This document shows, piece after piece, positions 44,967 to 58,580 of a DNA stretch of 64,000 bases (positions are counted from its first letter, which is position 1; the number at the start of each line of letters is the position of its first letter). The notes below the pieces were generated by a model. That model was given only the letters and a program-made list of their open reading frames with translations. It was not told the DNA's origin and searched no databases. This DNA comes from the human T2T-CHM13v2.0 reference genome, Homo sapiens: NCBI RefSeq assembly GCF_009914755.1, contig NC_060932.1. The stretch is one strand, 5' to 3'. The translations under genes were made by a program, and so were the position numbers.

Positions 44967-47102
44967 ATTTTAACTGGCAGATTTCTAACTGGTTCTGTTT
45001 TATATTCACTGCTTCTTATTTTATTTCTGCCACTTTAAAAAATATTGTCTTTTTCTTACTGATGTTAGTCTTACATTTTTTTTCAAGAAACTAAATTTAC
45101 TTATTTCAAACTATCCACTGGGTGCTACATTACTCAGATTTATCTAAAAGGATTTAATCTTTGCTTTTGAAAATTTCTTGGTCATTTTTCGTATTGTATT
45201 TCTTTACTTTTCAATCACAAGTTCATTTTGAGCAAAGTTCTCTCTTTATCCCTCCCTTTCTCTTCCTCCTTGTCCCCTCTTTTCCTCCTCCTCTTTCTTT
45301 CATCCTTCTCACTGTTTCTCTTCCCCCATCTCCCTCTCTCTCTTTCTCTCCATCCCCATATGTTTGTTTCCATCTAACCTCTCAGAAGCCCATCTCTAAA
45401 GCTTCCAGATTGTGTACTGGGAAGTGGTTTAGAACCCCTCACCATAGTGATACCGGGGTTGCTGCAGATCTCGCCACTAAGCTCAGCCGTTGCTGATGGG
45501 GAGATGCATCTGTGTCCCCCTACTTCCCTGGTTAGGTCCCTTCACTCCACTCCAAGCCCAAGCAGGGATGGGCAGCAGCTTTTGTAATCATCTTTCATGA
45601 GTGCAGGAGACTTCTTGAGGCCCTCTTTTCAGTCAGGGGCTGCTGACTCTGCGCTCCTCCTCTTGTAAAGTCTTTTTATGATCTTGACATTGTAATAGAG
45701 GAATTCTGGGCCACTTTGGTTTTTTGGGGACCTAAAGTCTGTGAAGCCCACAGATTCAGCCCTGACTAGTCCTTTGAGTTTCTGACCCCCCTCTGGAGCC
45801 ACAAGCTGTTGATTTTTGTACTTGGGTCTGTCCTTTAATTTTCTGTCTCTCAACATTATCTTTCAATGATATATGTGCAAAGTAGAGTGTAGTTCAAAGC
45901 ATGAATTTACAACTCTTTCTCTAAAAGAAGCATCCCTCATAAGAGAGTTTTAACTCTGTGTCTACCAGGAGGTGTGACAGCCACCATTCTTGTGAATTCA
46001 AATAATTCAATTGAAACTGAGTTCAACAGACTGAAACTTGTTCCATTAGCCAGAAAAGCTCAAGTGGTTTTTTCCCTTATTATATGATGGTTATGCATTT
46101 CAGCTCTAAGACCAATTATCTTCCTATTGGAGCAACGAGTTTTCCAGACTAGAAAAAATACGCATTAAATTTATAAATATTGAAGGTTTTTTTAAAGGAA
46201 ATCTTTGTTCATCACATAATTTTTATGTGATAATTGGCATTCCATAAAAATATAAGTATCTCTAAAATAAAGATAATGAACTGTATGTACTGTTTTAGCA
46301 ATGCCAGGGCAAATTTGGTACATTTTGTTCCATCCAGCTATTGCATCCTTTTCATATTAGTCTTCTTTTAAATATTAGATAAAAATGGTACTGTGGGAAC
46401 ATGCATAAGACCACTACAGAAGAAATAAAATACAGCATCTGATCATTTTGTTATGACCATCTTGTTCTTTGGTCAATTAGACAGTTGTCTCATTGATGGC
46501 CAGGTCTCCCTTATACAGGCATTTTTATCACAGGTCAATTTCTTGTAAATATCATCATCACCTCCCTGAACTACTTGCATTATTAGTGCTTTAGTCACAG
46601 TGTGCTAAAATCTCCAAAATAAGAAAATATATTGAAAGAAGCTGGAATAGCTTCCAAATCATGCACTAACATTAAAATCCCAAGAGTTGGAATAATTTCT
46701 AATTTTGCCCAACTTTTGAAAACTCATCCTTAAATTGAGATTGTAGTAGCAAAATAAAATAAAATAAAATAAAGGTAGCAATGCCTTAAGAGAATGAACA
46801 AAATTTTTAAACAAAAAGAAAACATATAATTAATTAATGGGCAAAAATGTTAAACAAAAATTCCTTCTTTTCCTGCAGCATTGTGAAAAAAAATTCTTAA
46901 TTTGGCTGAAGAAAATAAAGCAAGAAAAGAAAGAAAATTCTATCTTTAGAAATTGATGATGGAATGCTGGCTAAAGGCTGCATAATGAATTTGAATTTTT
47001 ATTTCTGCATCTTCCAAAAACAGAAAATGAAAGAAAGGGGACTTTATTTACAACAAAAGTTATAAACCCACATGATGAGCGTAGGTGAGACAGTTAGGAC
47101 AA

Positions 47103-47171
47103 AGGTGGCTCATGTATTGCACTCCAGCCTGGGCGACAAGAGTGAAATTCCGTCTCAAAAAAAAAAAAAAA
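47103..47171 (+). mobile_element. Short Alu remnant with A tail
   Basis: attgcactccagcctgggcgacaagagtgaaattccgtctc followed by poly(A). Confidence 0.85.
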
Positions 47172-47464
47172 GGTTTTGGAAAATAGAAAGCAGAAGGAAA
47201 ATTGGTGATTGACTAATTAGACCTGATAGAGTTGAAACCAGGTTGGCAGGAGAAAGTGGAGGATCACTTTTCCTCAGGCTTCTGGGGAAAGACTGTAAGA
47301 AGAATGTTAGAGATGAAAACAAATCAGCAGGAAAAAAAAAACAACTTGGAAGGATTGAGATTATTGAAGGGGATTAAAACTTCGAAACAATTACTAATAT
47401 CTTCCAAGAGGTAAGAAATGAGAAATGATGCTGCATCTATGAAACAAGTACAGGATGCCATAGA

Positions 47465-47556
47465 TGACTGATAGATAGAGGGACAGATGGATGGATGGAT
47501 GGATGGATGGATGGATGGACGGACAGACAGACAGACAGACAGACAGATGGATAGAC
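47465..47556. repeat. Compound (GATA)/(GATG)n/(GACA)n STR
   Basis: Read directly. Confidence 0.95.
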
Positions 47557-47605
47557 ACACAAACAGGGAGATATTCCGAAAATGAAAAGAGTTCTTGGAA
47601 AATTA

Positions 47606-48559
47606 AAAGAAACATGACAGCAGAAAAGAACCTCAAAAAAGGAGATTTGGAAATAAATTTGAAGAAATATACCAGCAAATAGAAGGAAAAGGCAGAGATA
47701 GGAAACAGAGAAAACATTAAAATAAAAGATAATTAGGGGATTCCTATACCCAACCCTGACCCTAACGTTAACCAAACATCTTAATAATAGGAGTTCCAGA
47801 AAGAGAGAATAGACAAAATAAAATGGGAGATGTGATCAAAGAAATACTTTAAAAAAATCCTAGAATGGAAGTATGAATTTTCAGATTGAAAGGATACCCT
47901 GAGTGTCCAGAATAATGGCTAAAAATAGACCCACGTTAAGGCACATCATTGTGAAATTTCAAAACAATGGCAACAAAAAGTGAGATCCATAAAACAGGTG
48001 TAAAGGGAGGTAAATAAAGTTCCTGGTTTGAGGATTCTTCAAATCCTCTTCAGAACCATCAGTCAGGTCCTCTGTGGCTCCAACCATGTCTCATCAAAAG
48101 ACAGATTGCCTTTTCACCCTGCAAAACTGGAGGCAGGTTATAATTTGCAGTTTTTCTGCTTCTCATATGTAAAAGGGGATTTGCTTATGGACAACTTGGT
48201 GCAAGATACAATGGAGATCATAGTGTTCTTAACTCCAATATCCAGAGGTGGCTTTGACCTTGATTCAAAGAAATGTGACAGCAGAAAAGGAGAAGCTCAA
48301 AAAAAGGAGACTTGGAAATAGATTTGAAGAAGTCTACAAGGAAATAGAAGGAAAAGGCAGAGATAGGAAACAGAGAAAATATGAAAATAGAGGATAATTA
48401 GAGGATTCCCATACCTAACCCTAACCCTAACCCAACATCTGAATAATAGGAGTTCCAGAAAGAGAGAATAGATAAAACAAAATGGGAAACATGACCAAAG
48501 AAATACTTTAAAAAACAAATCCTAGAACGTAAGTATGTAAATTTCCAAATTGAGAGGAT
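47606..48559 (+). repeat. Direct duplication of ~290 bp of an old L1 ORF1 relic (47606-47895 and 48267-48559)
   Basis: Colinear shared blocks such as aaatagaaggaaaaggcagagataggaaacagagaaaa and aataataggagttccagaaagagagaataga. Confidence 0.9.
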
Positions 48560-49639
48560 GCAGTGACTGTATCCACCTGACATGACCAGCAAAAGCAGAA
48601 ATGTCCACCTGTGCCGGGGCACCTGTTCCTCTGGCCAGTCCTCCTTCAGAACACAGGGCTTACCTACAACACTTTTCAGACCTTGCACCCTTCACCTTCT
48701 GCTCCAGATGACCCCTCATCATCACCCCTTCTGCACCCACAGCTGCATCTGGACAGCAGCAGTGTTAGCTGAGACAGCTCCCCAAAGCCCACTGTTTACC
48801 AAGGATCTGAGGAGGCCCATGTGGGAAAGGGAGCTACCAAGGTTCAGCAACCTCTTACTGCCTGTTTGAAACAACCTCTCCTCCTCATTCCCCTATCACG
48901 CACTCCCCACATTCCCTCTCTTAATATCTCCCCTCCCACAATCTTGCTCAGCATCTGTTCATCAATAACACAATCATTAGAGGCCCTTCGTTTTGTAATC
49001 TAATTTTACGTTGATAATTCTTAGATCATCATATTTTTTTTCCTCAAAACACTGAAGACCTGGCTTCACTGTCCTGGAATTAAATGTTGTTGACAAGTTA
49101 TCCAACTATGACTTGGGTACACATGAGTTTTCAAAAAATTTTAATTTAATTAGTTTACTGATTGAAGTAGAAATTTGTCTGCGTGGATTCTTTCTGCAGC
49201 CAATTATCCTCTCTACCATCTCTCTCAAAAAAGAGTTTGTTTTTGTTTTTCCCTCAGGAACATGATTTCACTGGCCTTGTAAGGAAGAAACAAAAATACT
49301 ACACTTCAAAATAAAACATGCTCACATTCACTGGGGTAGATGATAACTTGCCTAAAATCAATTATTACTCCTGCTTATGGGTAAGGCTAGGAAAATTGAT
49401 ATGTGACCAAGAGTTCTTTTAAAATTTTTCATGAAAATGCACACACACACAACACATACACACACATAGTGTACACACGCACACATTCTACTAGCTGTCA
49501 TTTTTAATTGATCAATATGGGGCAGCAAGGTATACATGAATCCATCATGTTAGGCTCTTATCTGAAAAGTGGCCAGATGGTAACATGATATCATTGTAAA
49601 TTTCAATAGAGAAGAATTCAGGATTATTTTTGCACTGTG

Positions 49640-50025
49640 ATCACCTGTGGTCAGCTGCGTAAATTTCAGAAAATTAAACCTGTTCTCTCATCCAGGGAAA
49701 CTGAAGGGAGGCTGTTATTCTTTCTCTTCATCTTTTGACAGTTAGAGCAGAAAGTGACCTAAGGGTGACAAACAGATATTCTTGAAGGAGCAACAAAAAT
49801 CAGAGAGTCAGCAAGGAATTATTTCTGGCGGTTGCAGCTGAGTCCAGAGCCTAGTGCCTTGGGCACCACTCATTGGCCGTTCCTCGGCCAGGAACTTGAC
49901 CTATCCCCTCCCTTTAGTCTTGCTCAAGCCTGCTTCTCCAGCTTTCTGATCCCTCCCAACAGACTACCTTCTTGCTAACTTTCAGATTCAGTTTCAGTAG
50001 TTTGTATCCAAGGAATCATGATCAA
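49640..50025 (+). mobile_element. Old MaLR (MLT1-type) LTR remnant
   Basis: 3' end ttcagtttcagtagtttgtatccaaggaatcatga resembles MLT1 termini. Confidence 0.4.
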
Positions 50026-50027
50026 TT

Positions 50028-51000
50028 CTGAAGAAGCTGGTGACTTTATGGCTGTTGACCAAACTTCTTTGGGGAATATTGAAAGAGTTTGGCATGTCTG
50101 TGCATGATGAAGATGTGTAGAGCATCCTTTTTCCGTAAAGTAGCAAAAACCCGATGTCTCACATGCATCAGAGGGGCTCCATCTGTGCAGAGTAGGAAGT
50201 CGTTACTTTCAGTGAAAGTGGTTTGGCAAAAAAAACTATTTACCATTTCCAAAACATTGGCAATGTTTGTTATTTCAAAAGGAGCTTGCATAATAAGATT
50301 TTTTTGATGGCATTAGCATGTAAATAGTGAATATAAAAAAGGAGGTGATTACATAAAAAGATGTCTGTAGTTTCAACCAGTTGCATACTGAAGGGGAATA
50401 AGGATGCTGTCAATTGCTTGATGACTTGCCTCAAAATCTTAAAAGCAATGTCAACTATTCCAGAATGTGTCATTAGACAAGAAAATCACTTCCAGTCTTT
50501 CCTCTATTCTACTCCACAAACCAGCTTGACTATTTGCAACACATGACTTTACTTAAGCCTCTCCAATAGAGTGAAGCTTCCTGAGTTTGGCAACTTTCTA
50601 CGATGTGTTGAGAAAAGGTTTTTGTGAAACAGTAAATTAAATGTTTAGGAAGGTCCCAGCTTCTTCAAGTTAAAATTTCCTCACTTTACCACTTCCTCAC
50701 CTAAAATATTTTGTTTAAATCTGTTTTTAGAATGGGCAGATGTGAAGTGCTTTATCGGTTTCCTGGATTAATACTTTAATTGACAAGACTTTTTGGCCCA
50801 GAAAACACTATGGCTTTTGTGTTCTACCATCACATCACATCAAAAATGCAAGTGAAAGCGTGATTACCAGAGTCATCATCCTTCCATTTCTTTGGCACTG
50901 CCACTTAAATGAATCTGGAACAATAAATAATAAATCATTCCTCAGTAATGCTGATTCAACTGACTTTTGCAACTCATTTATTTTGCATTTTAATTAGTTT
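50028..51000 (-). pseudogene. hAT/Charlie (Buster-family) transposase fossil, N-terminal half
   Basis: Frameshifted ORFs 50270-50473 (FSMQLVETTD, cf. QLDESTD) and 50046-50291 (CTDGAPLM...IMHRHA, cf. CTDGA..M and HC..HR); degenerate BED-finger-like segment at ~50730-50860. Confidence 0.8.
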
Positions 51001-51874
51001 AATCTGCAAAGATCGAAGTAATTTTTATGTTAACTAAGTAGAGTGTAGGATAGTCAAGAAATTTATATAACAAACAAAAGACAGCAGATTTTACAATTTA
51101 TCCAAAATTTTAATGAGTTTTAATCCTTATGTATACATGCGGATTATAACAACAGTTTAGAATGCATGTCATTCCTGACATTCAGCAACAGTCAAGGAGA
51201 GAGTTGCTTGGTTTTGTTTTGTCTTGTTTGCCTTTGTAATATAGCAATTTCTGAATGCTTTCACAGTTGTCTTGCAGAGATTTTTGAGATATATAGAACT
51301 TTCACGAAATAATAATATATGAATATGGTTTGTGTCACATAGTGCATGTGCGTGCCATTACTTTGTATATCCAGAAAGTATACAAAAAAAAAAAAAAGAA
51401 TACAAAAAGAAAGCAAATTTGAAAAGACTCTACTGTTCTCATAGTATGCTACACTGGGAATGGCCTATGTCCATTGAGGAATCAAATCATTTAAAATAAC
51501 ACACTTCAACACTTATCTCAATCATGAGATATTTAAACTTGCTTGGTTTACATCCCCTTGGACCTAGTTACCTATTGGTTAACAAATAATTATAAATAGG
51601 AAAAAATGAAAATCAACATAGATGAGCTGAGTCTCCAATACAGAAACAAGTCATTTTACCATTTCATGGCAGAAAGGCCAGTAGACATAGAATCTCTTCA
51701 GAATTTTTCAACCGGTCATACAAGTTTCTGTAGAGGGGTGAACTGTGGACATGTGTGACCTACGAGCAGGCCTAATGACTACTGTAATTTTGAGATAGTG
51801 ATGAGCATAGATAGTATTTCAAGGTACACACAGAACTGTAATGTGGTAGGAAAATATTTATGATCTCTATGGGT

Positions 51875-53650
51875 AACAAAGTTCACTGTCTTTTAGGAGG
51901 GCAAGTATTAAAGTGCTTGATAAAACTAAAGGTAGAAGTTTTATATTTACCAAAAGAAAAAAAAAACTCTTGAAACACTTTGAGATAAAGGATTTTATCC
52001 CTAGGTCAATTTACATGGCAAGCATATTTAATTATATGAATAAGTCTTTTAATTCAAGGCTCCGAAGTCACCATCAGAGATACAACTGAAAAAATTACAA
52101 ACTTTCTCGGCTAGGCTGCTAACATGGAAGAAGAGAGTAAGGCCAATACCACTGCAAGCTTTCAAATATGGAATAAAGTGCTTTCCCTGCATGAAGATGA
52201 AGTAGGGACTTCTCTAACATGTTTGAATAGAGAAGTAATGAACACCCGGAAACACTTTAGAACCTTTTCAAATGTTTCTTCCCCTTATCTTGATGGCATC
52301 AAAATTAATCACAGATCCACAATTCTTTTCTTTCAGGTGTGAGTTGTTTGATGACTTTGACCTAGCAAAAATTAATTCAATTAATCTTAGGACAAAAATA
52401 ATCTATTGTAATTGAAGTAATTAAAGCTTTGGAGAATTCTAGTTTCTCCTGAAAGAATCCTATCCCTGCTTTTTTAAGAAAGCTCTGAAATTTTAATTCC
52501 ATTTGCAACAATATGTCTTTACAAATTGAGGTTTTTAACACATAATTATTAAAACAAATGGTCAAGATGAGTTGCTTGTCAACATGTCCCTTACTTTCCC
52601 ATTTTCCCTTCCTTTCCTTTCTTTCCTTAATATTTCTTTCCTTCTTTTCTCTCTTTCACCCAGGCTGGAGTGTAGCACATTGTAACCTCATTCAACATGA
52701 AATGCATGCTCTCTCATCAAAGGCCACTCCACGGTGGCATTCTTATTCAAACTTAGCAACAATAATCTTCATTTTAACATATCTTTAAAAATAAAAATAA
52801 ATTTAATTTACCGGTATTTCAAATGTCTTTTCTTTGTATTATAATGCAGGTATTGCTATAACCTACATTTATTTAATATAGGTATTAATATAATACAGAT
52901 ATTGCTATAACATACATCTATGTTTAAATATTTTAATAACTGTATTTCAATATACTTGGTTTCCTTTATAATCCTAGGTTTTTTATTTATTTAAAAAAAT
53001 TCTGAACCTCAAAAATTAAATGTAAAATTACCACATGATCCAGCAATTCCATTTCTGGGTATATACTCAAAAGAATTGAAAGCAGGGACTCAACAGATAT
53101 TTGTATTCCATGTTTACTGCAGCATAATTCACAATGGCCAAAAGGTGGAAACAATCCAGGCTTCCATTGACAGATGGATAAATAAAGTATGGTATATACA
53201 TGCAATGAATATTATTCACTCTTAAGAAGGAAGGAAATCCTGACACATTACGACATGGATGAATTTTGAGAACATTACACTAGTGAAATAAGCCAGTCAC
53301 ACAAGGACAAATACTGTATGTTTCATTTATGAGGCATTTAGAATAATGAAATTAATAGAGACAGAAGGTAGAATGGTGGTTACCAAGGGCTGCAGGGAAG
53401 GATGAAATGGGGAGTTAGTGTTTAATGGGTGCAGAGTTTCAGCTGGGAAGATTAAGAGTTCTGTGAGTGCACGGTGGGGATGGTTACATAACAATGTGAA
53501 TGAATTTAAGGCCCTGAATGTAAACTTAATAACAATTACGATGGTAAATTTTATGCTATGTATATTTTACCACAATAAAAAAATTATTAAAAAGATTATT
53601 TTTATCAGACTGCGAAAAGCATTGTTGTCACAAAAGAGTTTAAGAACCGG
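51875..53650 (+). pseudogene. hAT/Charlie transposase fossil, C-terminal half and 3' terminus (split by L1MB)
   Basis: Manual translation gives GQVLKCLIKLKVEV, IYMASIFNYMN, IQGSEVTI, EF*FLLKESYP, LIPFATICLY, matching Charlie motifs RG.VL.R, LAYLADIF, FW...YP, PF.TTYLCE; terminus-like cacaaaagagtttaagaacc at ~53630-53650. Confidence 0.7.
53005..53590 (+). mobile_element. L1MB-type 3' end
   Basis: gatccagcaattccatttctgggtatatac...atggtaaattttatgctatgtatattttaccacaataaaa. Confidence 0.9.
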
Positions 53651-53697
53651 TTCTAGGACTTGAGGACTTTTACCACTGTTTCTGAAACCTCACTGTC

Positions 53698-54425
<728 letters not shown>

Positions 54426-55196
54426 TTAATGAATTTTGGTAGATATATATAATTGTGTAAATAATGTGCAACTAAGATACAGAACGGTTCACGCATCCTA
54501 AAATAGTTCCTTGTTTATGCTTAATCAACCCTATATTCACCCCCACACACTAGACAATCACTGATCCCCTCTGTCACTACAGAATCTCACTAGTTTCACA
54601 TAAATGAGGTAATAGAGTATGTAGATTTTGTGTTGGACTTCTTTCATTTACCGTAATGTTTCTGAGATTCTTCCATATTGAATACATTAATATTTTATTC
54701 CTTTTTAATGCTAAATACTATTCCATTGTAGGGATATACAGAAGTTTGTTCATTCACCAGTTGATGAACATTTGGGTTGCTTCCAGTTTGGAGCTCTTAT
54801 GAATAATGCTTCTGTGAACATTTGTGTTTATACTTTGTATAGACATTTGCTCTTATTTCTCATACTACTATGCTGGATCATATGATAAATATATGTATAA
54901 TATATAACTTTATAAGTTATCTGCCACACAGTTTTTTAAAGTAGCCGTACTATTTTCCATTTCCATCAGCAATATATGACAGTTCCAGTTACTCCCTAAC
55001 CTCACCAATTGCTATTGTCTGTCTTTTTAACTTTAGCCATTGTAGTGGACATGTAGTTGTAACTTACTGTGTTTTACTTGCTTTCTGATGACCATTAATG
55101 TTGAACATTTTTCCTTGTGCTTATTAGTGACTCTTACATCTTCTTTAAAAAGTGTGTCATCAAATCTTTTGTCCATTTTTTGTCTTACATTATTAA

Positions 55197-55680
<484 letters not shown>

Positions 55681-57908
55681 TGATTATAAAATCTTTCATT
55701 AAGCCAATGTCACTAAGATCTTCTCCTGTATTTTATTCTAGGAATTTAGGTCTATGGTTCATTTTGAGTTGTTTTGTCGATAGTATGAGAGAAGGGCCAA
55801 AGTTTATTTTTTTCATACAAATATCCAGTTACAGCAGCGCTGTGAAAAAACTAGCATTTCTCTATTAAATCACTGTGACACTTATATCAACAATCAATTG
55901 GCTTTAGAAATGTGGGTCTATTTCTGGACTACATGTTCTGTTCCACTGATCTGTAAAGTTTAGCCTTTCTCTAATACCATACTGTTCTTAATTACTATAG
56001 CCTTATAGTAAGTCTTGAAATCAGCGTAAGCCTTTCTACTTTCTGTCCCTTTTACTAAATTGTTCTAGCTATTCTAGGTCCTTTGCTTTTTTGTATTAAT
56101 TGTAAAACCAGCTTGTCAATTTTTTTTAAAGTTTGTTATGATTTTGGTTGAAATTGCGTTGAATCTATAGAGATAAGATTGCCATTTTAACAATATTAAG
56201 TCTTCTAATCCATGAACATATTATATATCTTTATTTACTTAGGTTGCTTAATTTCCCTTTACATTGTCTTATAGTTTATAGGGTATAGGATTTGAATATC
56301 TTTTGTTAAGTTTATTTCTAAGTGTTTGGTGGTGCTTTATGTCATATTAAATAGAGTAGTTCTAAAATTTCAGGTTTTAATTGTTTATTGCTAGTATAAA
56401 AAATGCAATTGAGCTTTGCATTTTGACCATAAATAATACAAATTATTTTTTTCATATTGCATATTTTTGCATTTATTTATTAGTTCTATTAACTTTTGGG
56501 GGTAGGTCTTAGGGTTTTTATACTTATGTGATTATATCATTTTCAAATAAAGACAGTCTTAATTATTCTTTTATAATCTCTAAAGGTTTTATCTGTTTTT
56601 ATTGCTTTATTGCACTGGATAGGACCTCCAGTACAATGTGAAGTGATAGTGGTGAAAGTGGATTTCTTTGCCTTGTTCTTATTCTTAGGTAAAAAGCACT
56701 GATCATTTCACTATTGAATATGATGCTAGCTATATGCTTTTTACAGATGTTATTAATCTGATTGAGGAAATTCCCTTCTATTCCTAGTTTGCTCAGTATC
56801 TTTTATTAATCATGAAAGGGTATTTAATTTGTCAAATCCTTTTTTCTGATCTATTAAAATGATTTTTCTGTTTTATTCTGTTAATATGTTGAATTATTTC
56901 TGATTTTCTGATGTTAAATCAACCTTGCATTCCTGGGATAAACTCACTTGGTCATGATTTATTATTTATTATATATGTTCTTAGATTTCATTTGCTAATA
57001 CTTTGTTAGGGATATTTGTGTCTATGTTCATGAAATATATTGGTTCTTGGTTCTTATTTTGATATTTTGGCTGGTATTGTCATTAGGATAATACTGACCT
57101 CATAAAATAAGTAAGGAAGTGTTCCTTCCATTTCCATTTTCTGAATGAATTTGTGTATAATTTAGATTGTTTTTTTCTTTAATGGAATTTACCAATGAAG
57201 CCATCTAGGCCTGGGGTTTTCTTCTGGAAAGTTCTCAAATTATAAATTCAATTTCTATAATTGATATAGGACAGTTGAACTTTTCTTTTTTTAGTCAATT
57301 TTGATAATTTGTGTTATTTAAGAAATTTGTCCATTTTATCTGGTTGTTAAATTTATTGGTATCAAGTTGTTAATAGTATTCCCTCATTATCTCTTAATGT
57401 CTGAAGAGTTAACAGTAATACCTCTTCTTCTATTTCCTATACTGGTGATTTGTGTTTTCTTTTTTTCTTGATATTTCTGCTAGATCACTATCAACTTTAT
57501 TGATATTTTGAAAAGCAGATTTTAATTTGTTTTCTCTATTGTTTTTCTGTCTCCTATTTTGTTGATTTCTGCTCTCTTCTTTACTATTTCCTTACCCCTG
57601 TTTTCTCCGGGTTTAATTTGGGTGTTTTTCTAATTTCTTAGGTTAGAGACTTAGACCATTACTTGAGAACTTTCTTTTCTAATGTTGGCACTAAACATAA
57701 ATTTCTCTCTCAGCACTATTTTAACTGCATACCACAAATTCAAGAAATTAAAAATATTTTCTATTTTTTCTTATTTCTTGCTTGACTCAATGGTTATTTA
57801 AAAATAAGTGCGTAATTGCAAATATTTAATGCTTCCTAGGTTACTTAATTTTGCTTATTTTTTTTAAGATAATGCCATTGTAGCCATTCTCTGTATGATT
57901 TTTTGCAT

Positions 57909-58580
57909 TGAAACCACCTTTGCAAAAAAGATAACAGTTGGGGAGATCTGATCTAGCCAATCCTCTTGCCTTTAGCCTTCACGCTTCCTTTAATTATTTC
58001 TGGGCTTAAGCCAAGCTAACTTTGGGAAACATTTAATATATTGTTCAAATGATAATAGCCCTTCCCCCAAACTCAACCATCTTAATAAAGCTAATGAGAG
58101 TGCACCAAGCTAGGAGGATAGAAGAGCCTGAATTCTGCTAAGGTGTAGATATAAAGGCTTGCCAGCCATTATTCCAGAATTCACAAGATTTTCAACTTTC
58201 TCTATTACTCCTGCAGCCTAAGATTGGCCCTTTGAGACACCTTTTCAGATTTTCTGCATGTCTGACCCTGATGGCTCCACCTGGACTCATCAACTGCTCA
58301 TGTGGTCCCACCCACACTCTTGTGGTCTACTCAGCGCAAGAGGACAATTTCAACTCCTAATGATTTCATCTCCCATCAACACTCCTCGTACCCTAGCCCC
58401 CTGCCCACCAAACTACCTTTGAAGAACCCCTAACTTATGAGCTTTTGATGATACTGATTTGAGTAATGACTCTGCTATGTGGGGTGGCTGGCCTTGCATC
58501 AATTAAACTCTTTCTTTACTGCAATGCCATGATCTATTTTGTTTGTGCAGGGGGATGGAAGAAACTTTTAGGCTGTTACA
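57909..58580 (+). mobile_element. ERV1 solo LTR, LTR8-like
   Basis: tgaaaccacctttgcaaaa...attaaactctttctttactgcaat...gttaca; imperfect TSD gcat/gtat. Confidence 0.85.

Noticed and set aside
46682-46716. Imperfect hairpin as a possible pre-miRNA
   Set aside because: Too short and AT-rich; expected by chance.
47324-47775. ORFs with PSIH/DGWM repeats
   Set aside because: Translations of the (GATG)n/(GACA)n microsatellite.
50046-50473. Domesticated ZBED/Buster-type gene
   Set aside because: Frameshifted, contains stops, catalytic motif altered; a fossil rather than a gene.
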